A stretch of DNA of 64,000 nucleotides from Bythopirellula sp. (GTDB taxonomy: Bacteria > Planctomycetota > Planctomycetia > Pirellulales > Lacipirellulaceae): positions 1-64,000 of the forward strand of contig OZ244170.1 in NCBI GenBank assembly GCA_965216565.1, in the 5' to 3' direction. A program made the translations under genes and the position numbers. Under the pieces are notes generated by a model. That model was not told the DNA's origin. It ran no database searches and worked only from the letters and a program-made list of their open reading frames with translations. Positions within the stretch are counted from its first letter, which is position 1. Every line of letters begins with the position of its first letter. This document shows, piece after piece, positions 41,707-50,954 of this stretch.

Positions 41707-44700
41707 CTAGCGATTGAAGCCCATGCTGAAGCTGAAGACCTGGCGATCATCGAAGTCGGCGTGATTCACCGCCCAGGCAAAGTCGAGTGCAATCGGAGCA
41801 GGTCCCATCGCCGGCACGGTAATCCGCAGACCCACACCCGGGGCGACGCGGAAGTCGTTGATCTCCACATCTTGTTCCACCGTACCAAAGTCGCAGAACA
41901 CCACGCCATGCAGCATGTCATCGGCAGTAATGGGGAACAGATACTGCGCCGAATTCAGCCATTGGAAATGACCACCCACCTCCGCACCCATATCAACGGG
42001 CGAAGCACCTCGGAAGTCGAATCCACGCAGGGTTGAAAATCCACCCGCGAAAAAGTGCTCGTAAACAGGTGTTTGCGTACCCGAATAGCCAATATTGGTA
42101 GCCAAGCTAAGTACGTGTCGACCCGAGTGATCGGGACGTTCGCGAATCAGATAGTAAGTCCGGCCATCGATCATAACGCGTGGGTAATCAAAGGTTCCAA
42201 TCACCTGCTCGCCGGAAACCTCTAAATAGTGCCCCTGCGTGGGCAGGAATGTGCTGTCCCGCGTATCATTGATCACAGCCAGTTTGAACCCGTGCAGCGA
42301 GTTATCCCCTAGTGCTTCCGCCAAATCTGCAACTTGAACAGCTCCACCACCATCAAAAGCCAATGGAGCATCGCTAATGTTGACGTTCTCTCCGCGATAG
42401 GTGAACACGGTCGAAACGTCGCGTTCTACCCACTTGTAGCCAAGGGCTGCTCGTCCGCCGAGTCGTTGTTCGTCCCAATCCCGGAAGCGACGGTCGAAAT
42501 ACGAACCACCCAGGCTCAAACTGACCGGACTATCAAATAGATAGGGTTCCGTAAAGCTGACGAGATATCGATTCACCTGGCTACCGGGCGACGCATCGAC
42601 TCGGAAACGTTGGCCCGCACCACGCCAGGCAGTACCATTACGAAAATCTTCGAAGCTCTGTGGCGGACGTCGCCAGTCGAAGTTGCGTTCGTCCAAAACA
42701 ATATTACCAACAACGCCGGCATCGGAGTTCACACCGACTCCCAGCATCAATCGCCCTGTTTGCGTCTCTTGGCCATCAAAGAAAATGTCGACCGTTTGTT
42801 CAGGGTAAGGCTGACCGGGCAGGCCAAAGTGACCGTTGGGGAAGTACTGATACCCGGGTACCGTGTTGGCTGGATAACCCAAGACCGGTCCATACCCGCC
42901 CGCTGGTGGCGGAATACTCTCTGAATACTGCGCCTGCTGAACACCGGGTTGCGGTGCATAGGTAGGACCTGATCCAGCGGTCGGTTGGACAGCAACGGGT
43001 CGCGTAGTGGGCCCTGTCGCTCCAACTAAAGTCCCCCCATAGGCAGGATTAGTCGTGCCTGTCGTTAGGCCAGAATAGGCATTATTCACTTGCCCAGGAG
43101 CAGGGCTCTGGCCACGGATAACCACTTCATCTGAAGCCGTTGCCGGAGTCTCCGATTGTTTTATCTCCTCAGCCTCTAGCCAACGCTCGTAATGCTCGAC
43201 GTTATCGCATTGGATGTGCACTTCCATCCCGTCATTGGACATCGTCTCGTAGGCAGATCGCGGTTTGCCCATACTGGGCGGAGCCAGTACGGGTGGTCCT
43301 AGATCGTCAGGGCTCTGCCCCTGGATTTTCCGTTCTCGGCTAGCCGTCCGACGACCCGGTGGCGAGGCAATTCCGAAATCTGAATCGTCCGGAATCCGAT
43401 AGGAGATCTTCGGTTTCACTCCCGTAGCGGGATCGCTATGGAACAGACTGCTGGCCATTAAACGTCGTTCACTGGCCTTAAGCTCGCGAATATCCATGAT
43501 GTCGCCAGGGCGCAGTGTCATGCGATTGAGCGCGGTCTGGATACGCGTGTGCGGATTATCGCCACCAATGTGAACAAAAATCCTTCCCACTCGAAATTGC
43601 TCACCCTCATCAATGTGGTACAGCAGATCGAGCTCGCCAGGCTCCTCTAGAAACACCGGTTCCGGGCGGACATCGGCAAATACATAGCCGTGGCTGCCGT
43701 AGAGTTCTTGCACCCAAAGGCGATCGCGTTGGACTTTGCTTTGCTCGAAGGGTTGCCCGGCGTTTAGCTTAGCGGCTTCGGCCATGGCCTCGGGCTCAAA
43801 CTTCGTGTTTCCCAGGAAACGCACACTGCGAACCTTGTAGCGGGGACCCTCATCAATGACAAACGTAAGATTAACCCAGTTGCCTTTCTCGTTGAAATCA
43901 ATTTTCCGGCTGACTTTAGCTTGAAAAAAGCCGAAGGCTCGGTAGTAGGCCGTAAGTTGCTCGACGTCAGTTTTCAGTTGATTTCGATCCAAATAACCCT
44001 TGATCAACTTAACAATTGGGGGCTTTGACTTGATGACAGTTTTTAAGCGACCATCGCTAACGAAATTGTTACCGACGAAATCTACATCCCATACTTTCTG
44101 AGAAACGCCTTCGTTAATTAGATAGACGATCCCCTGGTCGGTAGGCTTTGAGCCTTCCAAGATAGTTACTTGGGCCTTGTTGTAGCCACGGGAGACGTAG
44201 TACTCCTTGATCTTGCGTCTACCCTCTTCCACCGCGTAGGGATCCACAGCTCCACCATCTTTCAGGCCGGTTTCCTTTTTGAGGGTCTTGTCTTTGACTT
44301 TCTCGTTGCCCAAGTAGTTGATGTAGCGAATGGTTGGTCGCTCAACGACTTGGAAAATAACGATCCGACCTTGTGCGGTAGCCTCGTACAAGGGCTTCAC
44401 GTCGACAAACCAGCCCAAGTTCGCTAGGCGACGAACGTCGCTTTCCACGAGATGTTTGTCAAACGGGCGACCCACTCGCGTGTTTAGCTGGTCGGCCACT
44501 TGGGATGCAGAAATTGTGTCGTTACCGAGAATGCGAATCTCAGAAACCAATTGCTCAGGGGGTACCTGCTGCTCGGGCGCAGGCAATGGTTCCGCAGCAA
44601 CTACGCACGTCGATGTTCCGCGGAATAGCCCGAAAGCTAATAGCAGACCGACCAGGCACAGCCCGCGCCATCGTTGCGTTAGAGTCTCTGAAAAATACAT
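41707..44700 (-). CDS. bamA: Outer membrane protein assembly factor BamA-family protein
   Basis: POTRA repeats, ETQTGRL, SFTEPYLF, FFAGGFSTLRGF, GPAPIALDFA, C-terminal FSMGF; start uncertain. Confidence 0.9.
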   Translation of the reverse strand: MYFSETLTQRWRGLCLVGLLLAFGLFRGTSTCVVAAEPLPAPEQQVPPEQLVSEIRILGNDTISASQVADQLNTRVGRPFDKHLVESDVRRLANLGWFVDVKPLYEATAQGRIVIFQVVERPTIRYINYLGNEKVKDKTLKKETGLKDGGAVDPYAVEEGRRKIKEYYVSRGYNKAQVTILEGSKPTDQGIVYLINEGVSQKVWDVDFVGNNFVSDGRLKTVIKSKPPIVKLIKGYLDRNQLKTDVEQLTAYYRAFGFFQAKVSRKIDFNEKGNWVNLTFVIDEGPRYKVRSVRFLGNTKFEPEAMAEAAKLNAGQPFEQSKVQRDRLWVQELYGSHGYVFADVRPEPVFLEEPGELDLLYHIDEGEQFRVGRIFVHIGGDNPHTRIQTALNRMTLRPGDIMDIRELKASERRLMASSLFHSDPATGVKPKISYRIPDDSDFGIASPPGRRTASRERKIQGQSPDDLGPPVLAPPSMGKPRSAYETMSNDGMEVHIQCDNVEHYERWLEAEEIKQSETPATASDEVVIRGQSPAPGQVNNAYSGLTTGTTNPAYGGTLVGATGPTTRPVAVQPTAGSGPTYAPQPGVQQAQYSESIPPPAGGYGPVLGYPANTVPGYQYFPNGHFGLPGQPYPEQTVDIFFDGQETQTGRLMLGVGVNSDAGVVGNIVLDERNFDWRRPPQSFEDFRNGTAWRGAGQRFRVDASPGSQVNRYLVSFTEPYLFDSPVSLSLGGSYFDRRFRDWDEQRLGGRAALGYKWVERDVSTVFTYRGENVNISDAPLAFDGGGAVQVADLAEALGDNSLHGFKLAVINDTRDSTFLPTQGHYLEVSGEQVIGTFDYPRVMIDGRTYYLIRERPDHSGRHVLSLATNIGYSGTQTPVYEHFFAGGFSTLRGFDFRGASPVDMGAEVGGHFQWLNSAQYLFPITADDMLHGVVFCDFGTVEQDVEINDFRVAPGVGLRITVPAMGPAPIALDFAWAVNHADFDDRQVFSFSMGFNR

Positions 44701-44956
44701 AGGTGCCGGTAGTATCGTGAGTTGAGAAGAGAGTATCGGGACCAATCGGTGGACTTCTTCCACAGATCTGCCACTGTTTGGCCGCGAAGAAATAGCCGAT
44801 TGGCGAAGCCTCGGCAAGGCGAGTTCCCATTCGGCGTGTGGCTCGCCTTACAGAACTAGGGAATTCGACACGCCAGTGCTGCTAGCAGTTCTTGCGGATG
44901 AGGAACTAGAGGCTGGATAGATTGATTGGATGTTGACTCAGCGTTTTAGCCTACGC

Positions 44957-45122
44957 ATTCCCCGAAGGGGATAAATACCGTAGCCCAGGGTTGATCGCGA
45001 AGCGATCTACCCTGGGTGCAAACCGACATCATCTCTACCCTGAAAGGGTTGTACATTTTGTTAAACCCTTTCAGGGTAAATTTCTTAACCTTCATCTACC
45101 CAGGGTAGCGGCTGCGCAGCAA
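44957..45122. mobile_element. Family C element, right end truncated
   Basis: Same modules as 36509-36706; breaks off at GCAGCAA where a family D repeat begins. Confidence 0.75.
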
Positions 45123-45210
45123 GTAGGGTGTGCCATAGCAAGGCGGCGGCACACCGAAGGGGTCAATGTCATATATCTCACTCTCGGTGGGCCTGACGGC
45201 ACCACCCTAC
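45123..45210. repeat. Family D REP heterodimer (reverse orientation)
   Basis: GTAGGGTGTGCC...GGCACACCG ... CGGTGGGCCTGACGGCACCACCCTAC. Confidence 0.85.
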
Positions 45211-45256
45211 GACAGCTAACTTGCCTTTGCCTCGGCTTCATTGGCCAATCACGAGT

Positions 45257-46693
45257 CTAGAAGTCCGGCGTACCGTAGGTCTCGAATTCCGCATATGGTT
45301 TCTGGGCGAAGTTGCGGAAGCGGGTGAAATCGTGCAGCCAAGTGAGTTTGACGTCGCCCGTGGGGCCGTTGCGTTGTTTGCGGACGAGCAAATCGGCCTC
45401 GCCGCGGACGCGTTCGCGATCTTCGTCGTTTGATTGGTAGTATTCTTCGCGATGGACGAACATCACGACGTCGGCGTCCTGCTCGATTGCCCCCGACTCA
45501 CGCAGGTGACTGAGTTGTGGCTTGTTGTCTCGCGTGGCCTCTACCTGTCGGTTCAATTGAGCCAGGCAAAGAACGGGGACTTCCAACTCGCGTGCAAGGC
45601 CCTTTAGCCGCCGAGCAATCTTGGCAACTTGTTCCTGGCGGGGGTCACGGGCATTATCGGGTTCGATCAGCTGCAAGTAATCGATTACTATCAGGCCGAG
45701 GTTTTCTCGCCTCTTGAGTCGTCGAGCATTCGCACTGATTTCGGTCATTGTGCGGCTAGGAGAATCGTCGATATAGAGTGGCGATTTGCTCAGTTCCACG
45801 GAGGCTTGGACTAGCTTTTGCCTTTCCTCGGACGTTATCGTACCGTTGCGGAGCCGATGGCCGTTCACTTCGGCCACACTGCAGAGCAGGCGATCGACTA
45901 GTTCCAGCGAGGACATTTCGAGGCTGACAAACAGCACCGGCACTTGCAATTGCATGATAATGTGTTCGGCAATGTTCATTGCCAACGCGGTTTTGCCCAT
46001 ACTCGGCCGCGCGGCCAAAATCGTGAGTTCCGAGTTTTGCAATCCACCAGTGAGTTGGTCGTAGTCCTCAAACCCAGTTTCCAGGCCAGCAAAAGCATGG
46101 TGCTGCTCCATCCTGGCATCGATTCGATCCATGGCGTCTTGGAGGACATCGCTGACGGCATTGACTTCACCACCGCCACGCGATTCTAAGATGCCAAAGA
46201 TCTTTTCCTCGGCACGACTCAGCATCTGGCGGGCATCGCTGCCTGATTCGTATGCATCGTGCAGAATGTCTGTACCGGCCAGAATAAGTGACCGGAGCGT
46301 AGCTTTTTCTGCCACCAGACGAGCGTAGTGTTCGGCGTGGGCCGCGGTAGATACTTGTTGCCCAACTTCGGCAATATAGGCGGACCCACCAATGGCTTCG
46401 AACTTATCCGCTTTGCGAAGTCTATCAATGAGCAGCATGACGTCGATTTGTTGCCCATCGTCGTGCATGCCCAGCAGGTGTTCGAAAAGAGTTCGATTTG
46501 CCTGATTGTAGAAATCGTGGGGTCGCAGAATGAGGGCTACTTCGTCGAATACTTCCGGCAAGAGCAGGATGCTTCCCAATACAGACTTTTCGGCGTCTGC
46601 GTGCTGAGGGAGTTGCCTGTCGCTCGGACGGTTCGATTTGCCGCGAGAAGAAGAATCAGAAGCTTCGGACGGAAAGTTGTCGATCGTCGACAT
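45257..46693 (-). CDS. dnaB: Replicative DNA helicase
   Basis: AARPSMGKT, VIDYLQL, AQLNR, LRESGAIEQDAD, KQRNGPTG; no intein. Confidence 0.97.
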   Translation of the reverse strand: MSTIDNFPSEASDSSSRGKSNRPSDRQLPQHADAEKSVLGSILLLPEVFDEVALILRPHDFYNQANRTLFEHLLGMHDDGQQIDVMLLIDRLRKADKFEAIGGSAYIAEVGQQVSTAAHAEHYARLVAEKATLRSLILAGTDILHDAYESGSDARQMLSRAEEKIFGILESRGGGEVNAVSDVLQDAMDRIDARMEQHHAFAGLETGFEDYDQLTGGLQNSELTILAARPSMGKTALAMNIAEHIIMQLQVPVLFVSLEMSSLELVDRLLCSVAEVNGHRLRNGTITSEERQKLVQASVELSKSPLYIDDSPSRTMTEISANARRLKRRENLGLIVIDYLQLIEPDNARDPRQEQVAKIARRLKGLARELEVPVLCLAQLNRQVEATRDNKPQLSHLRESGAIEQDADVVMFVHREEYYQSNDEDRERVRGEADLLVRKQRNGPTGDVKLTWLHDFTRFRNFAQKPYAEFETYGTPDF

Positions 46694-46825
46694 CGGCTGG
46701 TCGCTCCATCTAACTAAGAATAGCGTCTCACCGCGGCGAGACTCCTGGCAGTAGATAAACCACTCGAATCAGTTTGCCGCCCTACGTCATGCGACAATTG
46801 CCCGTCGATAACAAGTTCGCGACAA

Positions 46826-47362
46826 TTACTCTTCGTCGCCACCGGTAGTTGGCACAACCCAAACCTTCAATTCGCCGTCGACTTCACTCGATAGACGGAA
46901 TTTGACAGTATAGAGTCCAAGTTCCTTGAGCACGCCTTCCAGGCGAATCTGATCGGCTGCCAAAGAGATGTCGCTTTTCTTCAAAGCGGCCACAATCTCT
47001 GGAGCACCAACGCTGCCGTAGAGATGGCCATCCTCGGTTGCGTTGGCCTCGATAGTGATGCTTTGCTTGGCGATTTCAGCAGCAAATTTGCGGAGATCTG
47101 CTTGGGCGGCTTTCTCCAATTCTTGGAGCTTCACACGATGCTTTTCGACCATACGTTTATGGTGGTCGGTAGCAAAGGTGGCCATTCCCTGTGGCAGGAG
47201 ATAGTTGTAAGCATAGCCTGGCTTAACTTCGACAACATCGCCTTGCTTGCCTAGATCTTCGACACTGTGGATCAACAGCAATTCAATCCCACCTTGAGGA
47301 CCGCGAGGCAGTCGCTTGAACTTGTGGGCACGGCGTTTGAGCTTCTTTTGTTTCGTTGTCAT
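46826..47362 (-). CDS. rplI: 50S ribosomal protein L9
   Basis: LGKQGDVVEVKPGYAYNYLLP, LYGSV; basic N-terminal extension. Confidence 0.96.
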   Translation of the reverse strand: MTTKQKKLKRRAHKFKRLPRGPQGGIELLLIHSVEDLGKQGDVVEVKPGYAYNYLLPQGMATFATDHHKRMVEKHRVKLQELEKAAQADLRKFAAEIAKQSITIEANATEDGHLYGSVGAPEIVAALKKSDISLAADQIRLEGVLKELGLYTVKFRLSSEVDGELKVWVVPTTGGDEE

Positions 47363-47438
47363 GGCAAACTATCGGACGTTTGAAGTAATGATTAAATGAA
47401 ATGTGCTTAGATGGCTCACTATTTGGCTAGCCACTCTA

Positions 47439-47888
47439 TTAAAACGGAATTTCGTCGTTGGGTGGCATAGACGCAGGTGCATTCGACTGGGCACCACTGT
47501 AGTGTGGGGCTTGGCCTTGGGAATCGCCACCGCGATTTCCGCCTCCTCCTCCGCCCCCGCCACCACGAGCACCTACCATCTGCATGCGTTCTCCTACCAC
47601 CTTAAGTTTAGAGAACTTCTGGCCCTCTTTTTCCCAGGTGTCGAGCTTCAAGCGACCTTCGATGAGCACAGGCGAGCCCTTGCTGAGGTACTCGTTTGCA
47701 ATCTCTGCAGTTCGGCCCCAAAGAGTGACGTCGACAAACGTCGCCTCGTCGACCCATTGGTCGCCACGCTTAACGCGATCGTTCACAGCCAAGCCGATAT
47801 CGGAAACTGCCGTGCCGCTAGGAATGTAGCGTAGCTCTGGGTCTCTGGTGAGATTCCCCATCAGTACAACGCGGTTGAAGCTGGCCAT
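47439..47888 (-). CDS. ssb: Single-stranded DNA-binding protein
   Basis: [16 protein letters not shown], Gly-rich linker, C-terminal DEIPF. Confidence 0.97.
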   Translation of the reverse strand: MASFNRVVLMGNLTRDPELRYIPSGTAVSDIGLAVNDRVKRGDQWVDEATFVDVTLWGRTAEIANEYLSKGSPVLIEGRLKLDTWEKEGQKFSKLKVVGERMQMVGARGGGGGGGGGNRGGDSQGQAPHYSGAQSNAPASMPPNDEIPF

Positions 47889-48069
47889 GCTACGACTCCT
47901 TTGCTTGCGATATTTATCAAATCTTCTCGGGATACAGTTGAGGCTCACACCCGGGCTTGCCTACTGAACGCTTGTACCGTAGATTAACAAACCTGGATAG
48001 AACTGGCAATCATCGGGTCGAGAAGATTGACGAACTCCTAGAAACCAACGAAATACTGGATGCTGAAAC

Positions 48070-48504
48070 TTAGGTGGCCGAAGCCTCGACGGCCTCAGTG
48101 ACAGTCTCCGCCGAGGCGGACTCTTTCGGGCTTCCATTTGTTTCTTCGGGAGCAGGCGCCTCGACCGAGTTTCCTTTGGCGTGTTCCAGAATTGGCTCGA
48201 CCAGGCTATCGGGCAAGCGAATGAATAGGTGGCGCATCACGCCATCTTTCAATTCAAACTGGCGGTTGAGCTCACCGATGCTGGAAGTTGGGCCTCGGAA
48301 GTACATAATCCAATAAGAGCCTTTTCGTTGGCCATTAATTGGATATGCCAGTCGTCGTTCTTCCCACAAGCGGCTCACCTCGACCTGACCGCCAGCGCCT
48401 TCGATGATGGAAGACAAATCGCTGGGCAAACCATCACGGTCGCGTGCCAGACGATTTGAGTCCAAAATGAACATACCTTCGTAAACTGCCAAGTTACCTG
48501 CCAA
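48070..48504 (-). CDS. rpsF: 30S ribosomal protein S6
   Basis: YEGMFIL, WEERRLAYPI, VMRHL; upstream of ssb. Confidence 0.95.
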   Translation of the reverse strand: MAGNLAVYEGMFILDSNRLARDRDGLPSDLSSIIEGAGGQVEVSRLWEERRLAYPINGQRKGSYWIMYFRGPTSSIGELNRQFELKDGVMRHLFIRLPDSLVEPILEHAKGNSVEAPAPEETNGSPKESASAETVTEAVEASAT

Positions 48505-48621
48505 AACAAAGCTCCAATAATTAGGTGAAAGCCAACTACATGTGTGTATCCGAGGTACCCGAAGGAACCCGGTTGCTAATTACAATTTCTCTGCACTAAC
48601 AGCGAGATCTACCAGCGAGAT

Positions 48622-49218
48622 CTATTTGCCGGCAGACCCCTCGTCCGCTAAACCGCTCCTACCATTGTACTTATTCATGGCATCTTGGATACCAGCGGTA
48701 ATCCAGGCCTCAATCGCGTCGCAACTAAGCTTGCGACAGCGTTCCGCAGTCTCTTTCTCACTGGCGGCAAACTTCCCCAACACGAAATCAGGGGCGTGCC
48801 AACGCTCCGGCACAGGGCCAATCCCGAATCTCAGTCGAGGGAACTCGTTGGTACCAATCTGCCGAATGGTATCCGCAAGTCCCTTTTGTCCGCCGTCTGA
48901 ACCACCAGCACGGAGCCGAATGGTACCAAGATCTAAATTAAAATCGTCGCAAACTAAGAGCAGATCCGAGGCCTCTACTTTGTAGAAATCTCGAGCCAAC
49001 TGGACGCTGCGACCGCTGAGGTTCATGAATGTTTGTGGCTTGATCAGCAAAGTGCGCTCGGAGCCAATCACACATTCCTGAACTAACGCTTCAAACTTCG
49101 ACCTGGCTGTCGGCAAGGCATGCCGATTGGCCAAGGCGTCAATTACCTCAAAACCTATGTTATGTCGTGTCTGTTCGTATTTCTTGCCGGGATTACCAAG
49201 GCCGACGATTAGTTTCAT
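48622..49218 (-). CDS. pth: Peptidyl-tRNA hydrolase
   Basis: GLGNPG, TRHNIGF, KPQTFMNLSG, RLRFGIG. Confidence 0.97.
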   Translation of the reverse strand: MKLIVGLGNPGKKYEQTRHNIGFEVIDALANRHALPTARSKFEALVQECVIGSERTLLIKPQTFMNLSGRSVQLARDFYKVEASDLLLVCDDFNLDLGTIRLRAGGSDGGQKGLADTIRQIGTNEFPRLRFGIGPVPERWHAPDFVLGKFAASEKETAERCRKLSCDAIEAWITAGIQDAMNKYNGRSGLADEGSAGK

Positions 49219-49271
49219 GGAAGTTCAGACTCTGGAGGCGTTAAACTTGCAGTCGGGCTGACTCCAAATGC

Positions 49272-49919
49272 TCAATCGCCACTCTTCTCCTCATCTTCAC
49301 CGCCACTCTCCTCGCCGTCTTTGCCGATGACTTCAGGCTCGATGCCACCTTCTGCTACCTCGTCTTCCTCGGGCTCAACGGTCTTCTCAACGCATTGTAC
49401 TACTGTTGTATCCGATTCGAGCAATACCTTGGCGCTGGAAGGCAATCCCTCAATGTCTGAAACCTTAAGGGCATCCCCAAGATGTAGCTCGTTGATGTTT
49501 ACTTCTAAGTGTTCTGGAATCTGAGAGGGTGATGTTTCGATTTCGATTTCGTGAAACAAGGTTTCGACGACTCCGCCTTCAGATTCTCCAGGTGCGATTC
49601 CATGGAGATTCAAAGGAATTTCGACGGTCACACGGTCGGAAGCATCAACCCGTAAAAGATCAACGTGGAGAATGTGCTGTTGGAACGTATCCCATTGGAT
49701 ATCTTGCAACAGAGCCTGCCCCTTTGCGTCGCCTTTGAGGTCGACAACTTGAGCACCATGTCGCAAGCTGGATTCCAGCTGTTCGGCAGAAATGGAGAGG
49801 CTCAGGGTCTCTTCACCGTGCCCATAAAGGACTGCGGGAAGCTTACCTGCTAGCCGCATGCGACGATTGCGCAGTTTGCCGCTTTCCTTCCGTACCGCAA
49901 CTTCTAACTGATCCGACAT
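49272..49919 (-). CDS. rplY: 50S ribosomal protein L25 (Ctc form)
   Basis: GKLPAVLYG, ILHVDL, C-terminal domain IPEHLEV, EPEVI. Confidence 0.95.
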   Translation of the reverse strand: MSDQLEVAVRKESGKLRNRRMRLAGKLPAVLYGHGEETLSLSISAEQLESSLRHGAQVVDLKGDAKGQALLQDIQWDTFQQHILHVDLLRVDASDRVTVEIPLNLHGIAPGESEGGVVETLFHEIEIETSPSQIPEHLEVNINELHLGDALKVSDIEGLPSSAKVLLESDTTVVQCVEKTVEPEEDEVAEGGIEPEVIGKDGEESGGEDEEKSGD

Positions 49920-50163
49920 TCTTGACCTCGAAAAAAGAACTCTTCGCCCAGCGAAGGTGACCGATGGGACGGTTCCCTCCGTGGTGTGGATTGCAATTTT
50001 GAAACCTTCAATTCTCCCCGATTCAACTGGGATTTCAAGCCCTGAATGCCCGAGCTGGACTTATTTCCTTGGGCCGAGAATCTTGCCTATTCGGTGAGAC
50101 CGTTAGGCGGCGTGTCCACAGAGCCCGGTGGATTAGGCGGGCATGGTAAACAGAGTATGGCGG

Positions 50164-50847
50164 CTAGCGGGGGATCGTCGCCAAGCCGAGCCAGTCCCAG
50201 GGCGTTTTGCGGGCTTCCATCTGGAGGCCGTCTTCCGCCCAGGGATAATGGATCCGCTCAATAGAATTCACCGTCGCCCCTACTTTTTGTAGGATCTTGC
50301 GGAGTTCCGGGTGTCGGTAGTGTTTTTGCAAAGTATCGGTGCGCCGGATAAGGTCTTCATCGCCGAGGTCGTCTGAGTTGGAGATCTCTGCGACGTAGTG
50401 GGCCGATTCCGTGGAGGGGACCACCACCAAAATGGTCCCCCCAGTCCGGGCGAGACCCGCCAGACTCTTCCACTGCCTGTCACGCAAATCAGCGTCTGGA
50501 GACGTGATAACATTCAAGCAGACTACCAGATGTCCGATTGGACCAATCGCATCGGCAGCATCCTCGAGCGCCAAAGTCTGCCACGTTGCATGGCTCAACT
50601 TCCGGCATCGGCTGCGAGCTCGACGAACCATATCGGCGGCGAAGTCGAATCCCACGACGCGGCCAAACTGCTCGCCAAACATTCGCGTAAAGGTGCCGAT
50701 TCCGCAGCCGGCGTCAACGAGTGTCTGCTTTCGGGTGGGGGCAAGCTGCTGGATGATCTTCGCAACCTGATCGGGACTGGTCGATGTAATATCGCAGACC
50801 GCGTCTTCAAAGTCAGAAGCCAATTCGTTCCATGCGCCCTTGCTCAT
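50164..50847 (-). CDS. Class I SAM-dependent methyltransferase
   Basis: VDAGCGIG, GFDFA. Confidence 0.82.
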   Translation of the reverse strand: MSKGAWNELASDFEDAVCDITSTSPDQVAKIIQQLAPTRKQTLVDAGCGIGTFTRMFGEQFGRVVGFDFAADMVRRARSRCRKLSHATWQTLALEDAADAIGPIGHLVVCLNVITSPDADLRDRQWKSLAGLARTGGTILVVVPSTESAHYVAEISNSDDLGDEDLIRRTDTLQKHYRHPELRKILQKVGATVNSIERIHYPWAEDGLQMEARKTPWDWLGLATIPR

Positions 50848-50954
50848 GGCGAATCCTCAGGGTGGAGAATATTGCCAGCGTAATTCCGCAGGCCAATATA
50901 TCACCCCAGCCTCGGCCAAGAGAACCCTGGCCGAGAATACAGGAGAGAGTCTTA

